From the IMG/VR virus record IMGVR_UViG_3300023175_000022: a stretch of 20,000 bases of DNA, one strand, 5' to 3'. The notes under the pieces were generated by a model that ran no database searches, was not told where the DNA came from, and saw only the letters and a list, made by a program, of their open reading frames with translations. Below, one piece after another: positions 9,003 to 16,768 of this stretch. Origin of the DNA: an uncultured virus (IMG/VR IMGVR_UViG_3300023175_000022). Its lineage: Duplodnaviria; Heunggongvirae; Uroviricota; Caudoviricetes. A program made the translations under genes and the position numbers. Numbering within the stretch: position 1 is the stretch's first letter; the number at the start of each line of letters is the position of its first letter.

Positions 9003-9242
9003 ATGGCTCAGATAGATTTTACAAAAGAAACAACTCAATTCGATGAAAATGGAAATACTGTAATTGTAACAGTTAATCATCGTGCTACACTTGATGATGG
9101 TGTAGCAGAAGTTTTTATTATCAACGAAGATGATACTCTCGATTCAATTCGATATCAACCATGGAAAACTAATGGCGATGGCAGTCGTTCAGATTGGGTT
9201 GATATTAACGAAGTAGTCGACTGGTTTCAAAATACCGATTAG
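9003..9242 (+). CDS. Small acidic hypothetical protein (79 aa); gene 2 of cassette B
   Basis: Same length and position as 4214..4453; shares ATLDDG.A, QPW...DG.R..W.D..EVV.WFQ. Confidence 0.85.
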   Translation: MAQIDFTKETTQFDENGNTVIVTVNHRATLDDGVAEVFIINEDDTLDSIRYQPWKTNGDGSRSDWVDINEVVDWFQNTD

Positions 9243-9251
9243 GAAATAAAC

Positions 9252-11099
9252 ATGGCTAAGGTAAGAGGCACAACTAAAGGTTGGGGTACTGAAAACGAAG
9301 GTACCACAATGGTAATTGAAAGTCCGAATCCAAATCACACTCGTATTTGGATCGAAGCAGATGGTCATGACAAAGCTACATTAGCTCCTATCTTTGGTTC
9401 AATGATGCATCTTCGTAAAGATATGGATAAGAATCAAGCGAGACAATATACTAATGCTCCCAATCGTTATTATCCAACAGATTCGGGTAATACTTTTAGA
9501 TCTGGCGGCGGACCAGCCACACTAGCGTTGACTAAATCAACCACATATAGTCCACAAACCACTTTTACATACGCAAACAACAGGCATAATAATGTAGATT
9601 TTTGGCCTATGTTATCGATGGATCCAACTGTAATTTCATCACCGATCAGACGCATTACTAATCCAACTGATAATAAATCTGTAGATTTATGGTTAAATAT
9701 GCAAAGCTGGTATAATTGGTATCGATGGATGGCGTGGTACAATTCTGATGGTGAATGGGACGAATATCAACCCACACACGAGCATTATTATGATGGTCAA
9801 GGTAGTTCAACTGAGATTACTCATCCTATGTTTCCTACAATATGGGAAGCAGGTACTGATTGGATTTCTATTATCACTAGACAAACAAGATATGATGCAT
9901 ATGTAGCAAGACCGATGTGGGGTCTTGGTCGCAATAAAGGAGCAGAATTTACTGGGACAAATGCGACTAATAATACAACTATGCGTAATCCGTATAATAT
10001 TCAATTTTGCGGTAGATCTGATGTCGATGGTAAAGCAATATACCTATATAATAATCATGATAATGATTATCAACAATATGTAACTAAACATAATGCAGAT
10101 AGTAATAACACAACTGACTTGCACTATTTTAGCGCCGCACCAACTGCTGCTGGTACAAGTGCTGGAGGAGCTAGAACAACTACAGTAATCGGAAAAGTTT
10201 GTAAATATTCTTCTTCTTTCTTTGACGATCCGACTAGTACCGGAAATACTTGTGCATATATTCCGTATTTCGATACGAATTTAGATTATCATCCTTTCCT
10301 ATTACAATGGGATAAAACAACAGATACATTTACTCGTAATGAAGATATTACTATTACTGGTAATACATCATCATCTTATATTACTAATATGAGAGCAGAT
10401 GCTGGTGATTTGACTGGCCACGCTCTGACGGGATGGAATGAAACGTTTGTTAGTGCGAACACTCGTTATCTCACACTCATGATGTTGACAGGTCACCATC
10501 AAGAAAATGATACTAATGCACAAGGTCGTACATTTATAACATACACAATGAATCCAACTGATCCCAAGCAATTGACTTTTCATAGTACTTTAACAATACC
10601 TAAAACACCAAAAGCGGCAGTATTTTTAAATGATGAAAAAACAATGTTGGGAATTATATGTTACGCTGTAACATTCATATACAATTGGAATAATACGACT
10701 GGATGGGAACTAGGTAGTACTATCAGTGAAAATATTACAGCAATGGGTAGAGATTCTACAGATAGAATATGGGCTAATGCGGTCGGTACTGAATATTCAT
10801 ATGGCGATCTACATATTTTAACACCGTCATTACCTATTAGAGTAACTATAAATCCAGCTAGCTCGTCATATAATTATACTGGCACAAATATTAATTCAAC
10901 TGTAGATATTAGTGCTTATAATATCGAAGGATCTCGAATTGCCACTACTGTTGATTTATCAATAGAAGGCAGTACGATGACTTTTTCAGGCGGAGCTACT
11001 ACTACAAGTATTACGACATCAACTAGTGCAGAAACGACTGTTAATATAGTTATCACTGGTGCAGGCGTGAGTGATATAGTTGCTGATGTAAACATTTAA
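9252..11099 (+). CDS. Beta-rich (possibly beta-propeller) protein with a C-terminal Ig-like domain; gene 3 of cassette B (615 aa)
   Basis: AGGA SD overlaps the upstream TAG (9240-9244). Full-length paralogue of 4446..6251. Confidence 0.8.
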   Translation: MAKVRGTTKGWGTENEGTTMVIESPNPNHTRIWIEADGHDKATLAPIFGSMMHLRKDMDKNQARQYTNAPNRYYPTDSGNTFRSGGGPATLALTKSTTYSPQTTFTYANNRHNNVDFWPMLSMDPTVISSPIRRITNPTDNKSVDLWLNMQSWYNWYRWMAWYNSDGEWDEYQPTHEHYYDGQGSSTEITHPMFPTIWEAGTDWISIITRQTRYDAYVARPMWGLGRNKGAEFTGTNATNNTTMRNPYNIQFCGRSDVDGKAIYLYNNHDNDYQQYVTKHNADSNNTTDLHYFSAAPTAAGTSAGGARTTTVIGKVCKYSSSFFDDPTSTGNTCAYIPYFDTNLDYHPFLLQWDKTTDTFTRNEDITITGNTSSSYITNMRADAGDLTGHALTGWNETFVSANTRYLTLMMLTGHHQENDTNAQGRTFITYTMNPTDPKQLTFHSTLTIPKTPKAAVFLNDEKTMLGIICYAVTFIYNWNNTTGWELGSTISENITAMGRDSTDRIWANAVGTEYSYGDLHILTPSLPIRVTINPASSSYNYTGTNINSTVDISAYNIEGSRIATTVDLSIEGSTMTFSGGATTTSITTSTSAETTVNIVITGAGVSDIVADVNI

Positions 11100-11110
11100 A
11101 TAGGCGCTTC

Positions 11111-12265
11111 ATGGGCAGAATAACAATTAGAGCTAATGGTAGTGCGACTCAGCCAATTAGATTAAAACGACAAAGTATAAATGTTGAAAGTACATATACT
11201 TCTTGGCCGTCATTCGGTGGATTAACAACAAATTTATCTGGTGCTCGATACGCAATATCTACTGGCGGTCCATTGCCTGCAGCATCTGCAAATAATGTTT
11301 TATCAAGTAACTTAAGTAGTTTATATGCGGCATATGAAGGATCTACATTTTCCGCAGGCGTAGAATGGACTGATGATATAGGGTCATCTTCTGCGACGAC
11401 TTTTCGTGGCAGCCCATTTATTTCATCATCTACTCTCAATAATTATTCTATTTTAGAAGGCACAACGAACGACGGATTATCATTTCCTACTGGCATTTTA
11501 CCAGGTGGTACTGGTCAATCATACACTCTTTTTCATGTTGCTAGATATAATGGAACAGAACGCAGAATATTTACTTCAGGAAATAGTAATTGGTTGTCAG
11601 GTTTTTGGAATGGTAATGCAGGAGTAGCTTATCATGAGGGTTGGTTAACTGCACAAACTGATTATGAAACAACAAATTGGGTAATTTCATGCGATCAGGC
11701 GGGATTATATCGAAGTAATGGTGTACAGAGAAGTACATCAATTGGCGGAAATAGAGGCACAACTCTTCTTACTATTAATAATGGAGGCGGAGCTCCCGGC
11801 GGAGGTGAAACATCAGATTGGCAAGTTGCAGAAGTTGTAATATTTGACTCACAGCTTTCAGCGACAGATATTGATTATGTAGAACAATATTTAGGAATGA
11901 AATATCAATTGCCTGTAAATGGTACTATACCGACATCATGGCCATATGGCGGTACGTATGGAAATGTATCAGGCCCGACAGAAGATTTAAATAATGTATC
12001 GAAGACATTAACAAGTGCTGTTGCCCCGACATATTCATTTAGCGATACATTTAATGTTAAATCATCTTTATCACGAAAGTTTGAAAAGATTATTACAACT
12101 ACTAGCGAAAAAATATATACGTATAATTATTTAGATCAATTTGATTTACAAGAATTGAGATCATTGGCCGGCGAGACAAGAGATTATACAAAAGCGCGCG
12201 CCATACTATCAAACGTTTCTGGCGGCGGTGGTGGTGCACCAGTAGATCCCGAAAGTTGGGAATAA
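11111..12265 (+). CDS. LamG-like jelly-roll (lectin-like) protein; gene 4 of cassette B (384 aa)
   Basis: EWTD..G...LNNY...YTLFHVARY...RIF...VAEVVIFDSQLSATDIDYVEQYLGMKY is a LamG-like pattern. Ends in SGGGGGAPVDPESWE. Confidence 0.78.
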   Translation: MGRITIRANGSATQPIRLKRQSINVESTYTSWPSFGGLTTNLSGARYAISTGGPLPAASANNVLSSNLSSLYAAYEGSTFSAGVEWTDDIGSSSATTFRGSPFISSSTLNNYSILEGTTNDGLSFPTGILPGGTGQSYTLFHVARYNGTERRIFTSGNSNWLSGFWNGNAGVAYHEGWLTAQTDYETTNWVISCDQAGLYRSNGVQRSTSIGGNRGTTLLTINNGGGAPGGGETSDWQVAEVVIFDSQLSATDIDYVEQYLGMKYQLPVNGTIPTSWPYGGTYGNVSGPTEDLNNVSKTLTSAVAPTYSFSDTFNVKSSLSRKFEKIITTTSEKIYTYNYLDQFDLQELRSLAGETRDYTKARAILSNVSGGGGGAPVDPESWE

Positions 12266-12266
12266 G

Positions 12267-12274
12267 TATAAATA
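12267..12274 (+). promoter_or_regulatory. T4-type late promoter (gp55 sigma) -10 box TATAAATA
   Basis: Exact consensus in the longest intergenic gap of the window (12266-12295). It begins 2 nt after the stop of the upstream gene and ends 22 nt before ATG 12296. Confidence 0.75.
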
Positions 12275-12295
12275 TAAAGATCCCAGGGATAATAT

Positions 12296-15200
12296 ATGGC
12301 CGCATACAATTTTCCAAATAGTCCGAGCGATGGCGATACCGTTGTTATAAACGGTGTCACGTATACCTATAATTCGACTAAAAATGCATGGAAAGACGGG
12401 GCAGCATCATCTAGCGGTTCTTCTTCATTTGTCGTTGTAGGTAATACAGCACCAGCTACACCTGGCGATGGAGATCTTTGGTACGATACTGCCAATAATG
12501 AATTATACGTATACATCGATTCATCAAACACCTGGGCCGATTCTGCTACATTTACACAAGTAGATTACGTAACTAAGGTCGGACATAATCTTGCTGATCC
12601 TACTGCTACAGCAGATATTGTTTTAGATGCGGGTGATGGAATAAATCCTGCTACATATTATGGCGACGTCATTGACAAGACGGCTAATAATTTTGTTGTA
12701 CTTGATATTTCAACACGAAATTTTTGGGGCAATACAAACGGCACACACTTTGGTGAAGTATATGATCCGTCAGGATCTACACTTATTATTGAAAATTCAA
12801 TTCCAACTCCTACTGTTCATGCAGATCTCGATGGTAATATTTTAGGTTCTGCAACTGTAGCAGGAAATCTAACACCGACAGCTAACGTAACATATAATCT
12901 CGGTTCAGAAACAAAAAGATGGAATGATCTTTATCTGAGCGGAAATACGATATATCTCGGTTCACTCGAATTATCAGAAAGTTCTAACGCTCTTTTAATA
13001 TCAGTTGCTGGTGCAAACGCAGAAACATTTGCTACTCAAGAATATGTACAGTCTCAACTAGCCACAAAAGACCAGCTGAGCGAATTGAATGATGTAAACA
13101 TGGCTGGAATTACGGCTGGAGATTTCCTATTATACGATGGTAGTGAATTTTTGCCAGTCGATTTTGCAACTGAAGTAAACACATATGCAGACACTCGTAT
13201 TAGTCTCGCAAGTATACAAGACTTATCAGATGTAGATGGAGTTGATACACCAGCAAGCGGAGATGTTTTATTATATAATGCTGGAAGCAGTAATTTTGGT
13301 TTTATTAATCTTGGTAGTGAAATCAATTCATATTTTGATATACGACTTGCAACAAAAGATACAGACGATCTATCAGAAGGTACTACCAATCTTTACTATA
13401 CTGATGCAAGAGCAGACGCACGAATAAATCTGCAAACAGGTGCAAATCTTGATTTAAGCAATAAGACTACATCTGATCTTGCAGAAGGCACTAATTTATA
13501 CTACACTGATGCGAGAGCACGCGCAGCTATTAGTGAGAACTCAGCACAGTTAAGCTATAATAGTACTACTGGTGTTTTAACGTTCACTCAGGGAGACACT
13601 GACACAGTTTCAGAAGGTGCTACGAACTTATACTTTACAGATGCAAGGGCTAGATCAGCAATCAGCGCATCAGGTGATTTAAGTTATAATAGTACCACCG
13701 GTGTAATGAGTTTTACTGAGACTACCACTACACTCAGTATCGGATCAAATATTTTATCGTACGTCGATGAAACAGGAGCAACGACTAATATCGATTTGTC
13801 ATTGTATCTCGATGATACAAATCTTGCAAGACTGACATCAGGCGCGGTCGACGCAAATGGTCTTGCAACATTTACGCGCTCTGACAACACAACATTTACT
13901 GTTGACTTCGCTGTTCTCTTCGATGATACAAATCTGACAAGAATTACAAGCGGCAGTTTCTCAAATAATGTTATTACATTAACTCGTAGTGATTCAACTA
14001 CTGCGGCAACTATCGATCTCTCGACAACTTATCTTCAAAATCTTTCTTCAGAAGATACAGATGATCTAACTGAAGGAGTCAATAATCTCTACTTCACTAA
14101 TGCTCGAGCAGACGCTCGCATTAACTTGCAGACTGGCGCCAATCTCGATCTGAGTCAAAAGACAACGTCTGATCTTTCTGAAGGAACTAACTTATATTAC
14201 ACAGATGCAAGAGCTCGAGCCGCGATCAGCGAGAACTCTACACAACTGAGTTATAATAGTACAACTGGTGTATTAACTTATACACAGGGAGATACAGACA
14301 CTGTAACTGAAGGCTCAACTAATCTATATTATACTGATACGAGAGCCGACGCTAGAATAGCATTACAAGTTGGTGCTAATCTTGATCTAACACAAAAAGA
14401 TACTGACGATTTATCAGAAGGTTCTACTAACCTTTATTATACAGACGCGAGAGCTAGATCACATATCGAAGGTGCCGATTTAGATCTAGGCACTAATAAG
14501 ATATTGTTCTCTAACATGTACGCTACGACTGGTGATTTGCCATCGGCTACATCATATCACGGTATGTTTGCTCATGTTCATGGAACTGGAGCAGCTTATT
14601 ATGCTCACGCTGGTAGTTGGATAGAGCTAGCAAATGCAAGTGATATTCCAACTATTCCTACAATACCATCAGACTTAGATGATTTAAACAATGTATCTAA
14701 TACTGCGCCGCTCGATGGACAAGCTCTCGTTTGGGATAATGCTAATAGCGAATGGGCGCCAGGAAATGTAGCAAGCAGTGGAGGAGCTACAGCACTCGGA
14801 GATCTTACTGATGTATCGACTACTGGAGCAACAACAGGTCAAGTACTGAAATATAATGGTAGCAGTTGGGCTCCAGCAGCTGACGCTACTGGCGGCGGTG
14901 GTGGTGCTTCCGTCACATCGTCTAATACAGCACCAAGTGCACCAAGTGAAGGAGATCTTTGGTTTGATACAAGTGATCTCACAATGTATGTCTACTACGA
15001 TGATGGTAGTAATGCAGCATGGATCACCGTCACTCCAGAAGTAGGAGGTAGTGGAGGTGTTACGGTATCTTCTACTCCACCTTCGTCGCCTAGTTATGAT
15101 GATCTCTGGTTCGACGACACGAACCTGATACTTTATATCTACTTCTACGACGGAAACTCTGCACAATGGGTACAGACAAATCCATCGGGCGGTGGTTCAA

Positions 15201-15499
15201 CAACAACGCCGAATACATATCAAGAACAGACGCAAAATTATACTGCGGTCGCCGGCGACAGACTCATTGTTGATACATCGAACACAGTGACTATTACGTT
15301 ACCTGCATCCGCATCTCTCAGCGATGAGATAAGAATTATTGACGGTACAGGTAATGCATCGATAAATAATATAACTGTGGCCAGAAACGGACACAACATC
15401 GAAGGATTAGCTCAAGACTTAACAGTCAATGTAAATAGAGCAGCATTTGGTTTAGTATACTATAATGCTACTCAAGGCTGGATTATGACGGAACGATAA
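12296..15499 (+). CDS. Long repeat-rich tail fibre protein (1067 aa) with a C-terminal T4 gp34-N/gp9-like domain
   Basis: Contains an N-terminal NFPNSP module, three GDLW[FY]D-type modules, a YNLGS..RW..LYLSGNTIYLG motif, four L.DL.DV...G..L.[YW] motifs, seven DL.EG..NLY[YF]T.AR repeats and HGMFAHVH. C-terminal domain: YTAVAGDRLIVDTS..VTITLPAS...D.IRIID...NITVARNG...GLVY...GW. Confidence 0.9.
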   Translation: MAAYNFPNSPSDGDTVVINGVTYTYNSTKNAWKDGAASSSGSSSFVVVGNTAPATPGDGDLWYDTANNELYVYIDSSNTWADSATFTQVDYVTKVGHNLADPTATADIVLDAGDGINPATYYGDVIDKTANNFVVLDISTRNFWGNTNGTHFGEVYDPSGSTLIIENSIPTPTVHADLDGNILGSATVAGNLTPTANVTYNLGSETKRWNDLYLSGNTIYLGSLELSESSNALLISVAGANAETFATQEYVQSQLATKDQLSELNDVNMAGITAGDFLLYDGSEFLPVDFATEVNTYADTRISLASIQDLSDVDGVDTPASGDVLLYNAGSSNFGFINLGSEINSYFDIRLATKDTDDLSEGTTNLYYTDARADARINLQTGANLDLSNKTTSDLAEGTNLYYTDARARAAISENSAQLSYNSTTGVLTFTQGDTDTVSEGATNLYFTDARARSAISASGDLSYNSTTGVMSFTETTTTLSIGSNILSYVDETGATTNIDLSLYLDDTNLARLTSGAVDANGLATFTRSDNTTFTVDFAVLFDDTNLTRITSGSFSNNVITLTRSDSTTAATIDLSTTYLQNLSSEDTDDLTEGVNNLYFTNARADARINLQTGANLDLSQKTTSDLSEGTNLYYTDARARAAISENSTQLSYNSTTGVLTYTQGDTDTVTEGSTNLYYTDTRADARIALQVGANLDLTQKDTDDLSEGSTNLYYTDARARSHIEGADLDLGTNKILFSNMYATTGDLPSATSYHGMFAHVHGTGAAYYAHAGSWIELANASDIPTIPTIPSDLDDLNNVSNTAPLDGQALVWDNANSEWAPGNVASSGGATALGDLTDVSTTGATTGQVLKYNGSSWAPAADATGGGGGASVTSSNTAPSAPSEGDLWFDTSDLTMYVYYDDGSNAAWITVTPEVGGSGGVTVSSTPPSSPSYDDLWFDDTNLILYIYFYDGNSAQWVQTNPSGGGSTTTPNTYQEQTQNYTAVAGDRLIVDTSNTVTITLPASASLSDEIRIIDGTGNASINNITVARNGHNIEGLAQDLTVNVNRAAFGLVYYNATQGWIMTER
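13355..14467 (+). repeat. Seven intragenic fibre repeats T[DS]D[LV].EG..NLY[YF]T.ARA, in blocks of three and four
   Basis: Visible in the translation. Units are followed by either INLQTGANLDL-type or IS...LSYNSTTGV-type linkers. Confidence 0.92.
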
Positions 15500-16761
15500 T
15501 GGCAAATTATTCAGATATCAAAGCAGGTTTAGGAGGCGGAGTAACAGAATACGCTAATGCTGCTGCATTGCCAACAAGTGGTAATTCTCTCGGTGATCTC
15601 GCAGTTACAATTGATACAAAAGCATTGTATATGTGGGATGGTAGTGAATGGGATAAAATTTATCTAGGTCCAGATATGGTTCCTGAATTTACATCTTTAC
15701 CATTATCTTCTTATAATTTAAGTAGCGGTTCGAATACATTAATTACTGTGGCTGCTAATGATCCAGATGGATTTCCAATTACATATAGTCATGATACAAA
15801 TCCATCTAATCAGCAACAAGCAATAATAACAAATAGTGGTGGTACATTTACACTTGTTCCTAGTTCAAATACTTCTCATGCTGGTAATTTTACTTTGAGA
15901 TTTAAAGCTACTGATGGTGTACATGTAGCAACTCAATCTTCTACTATAGTTTTAGCATTTTATGATTTTACAATTAGTCCTACTATTAATAGTGCATCAG
16001 AATGGACACTTTCATCTGATGGCGATTTAGTTTTAGATAGCGCAGGCACATATACTATCGTACCTTCTAGTGATTTAACTATCGATACTAAAATGTGGGG
16101 TGCTGGCGGATCAACTACGGGTAATTTATCTGGAGGTGCGGGAGGTTATTCTAGTGGTACATTATCGTTAACAGCTGGAACTAGTTATATTATTCGTGTT
16201 GGATCAGAAACTGGAGGCGGTACAGGTGGATCAGGAACAGGAGGCGGTTATTCAGGCATTTTCGAAGTAACTGAAGCTCATGCAAATTCTGTCATTATTG
16301 CTGGCGGTGGTGGAGGTGGTTGTTCTCAATATAGTGTTTCTCAAGTACCAGCAGCGGGAGGAGGATCTTCTGGCCAATCTGGTGGTTATCAAGGCACCAG
16401 TGGTGGTAAAGGCGGAACTCAATCTGCTGGAGGTGCAGCAGCTGATGAAGGTTTATCAAGAGGAGGAACTGCTGGTAGCGCTCTTACAGGTGGTATAGGT
16501 AATTCTGCTGGTTCCTACGGAGGTGGCGGCGGAGGTTCAGGTTATTATGGAGGCGGTGGCGGAGCGTCACGTGTTGGTGGTGATGGTGGTAATAGCGGCA
16601 TGGGCGGTGGCGGCTCTGGATATATAGGACATTCAATAGTATCAAATGGAGTTACTACAGCTGGTAATCAAGCGACTCCAGCAAATTCAACAGATACAGA
16701 TCGTGGTACAGCTGGAAATCCAGCCAATCCAGGTAAAGTTATCATATCAGTAGCAGCATAG
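15499..16761 (+). CDS. Adhesin-like protein: cadherin/Ig-like domain plus glycine-rich (polyglycine II, ALK/LTK-GR-like) domain (420 aa)
   Basis: TAATG overlap with the upstream stop. A.DPDGFPITYS...FTL.P...AG.FTLRFKATDG Ig-like motif. KMWGAGG...GGAGGYSSGTL.L.AG...IRVG...IIAGGGGGG Gly-rich signature. Confidence 0.85.
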   Translation: MANYSDIKAGLGGGVTEYANAAALPTSGNSLGDLAVTIDTKALYMWDGSEWDKIYLGPDMVPEFTSLPLSSYNLSSGSNTLITVAANDPDGFPITYSHDTNPSNQQQAIITNSGGTFTLVPSSNTSHAGNFTLRFKATDGVHVATQSSTIVLAFYDFTISPTINSASEWTLSSDGDLVLDSAGTYTIVPSSDLTIDTKMWGAGGSTTGNLSGGAGGYSSGTLSLTAGTSYIIRVGSETGGGTGGSGTGGGYSGIFEVTEAHANSVIIAGGGGGGCSQYSVSQVPAAGGGSSGQSGGYQGTSGGKGGTQSAGGAAADEGLSRGGTAGSALTGGIGNSAGSYGGGGGGSGYYGGGGGASRVGGDGGNSGMGGGGSGYIGHSIVSNGVTTAGNQATPANSTDTDRGTAGNPANPGKVIISVAA

Positions 16762-16768
16762 GTTTTAT

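Noticed and set aside
8996..9003. AATAAATA as a cyanophage-type late promoter for 9003
   Set aside because: It overlaps the upstream stop and the start codon itself, leaving no room for a leader, and the match is degenerate in AT-rich DNA.
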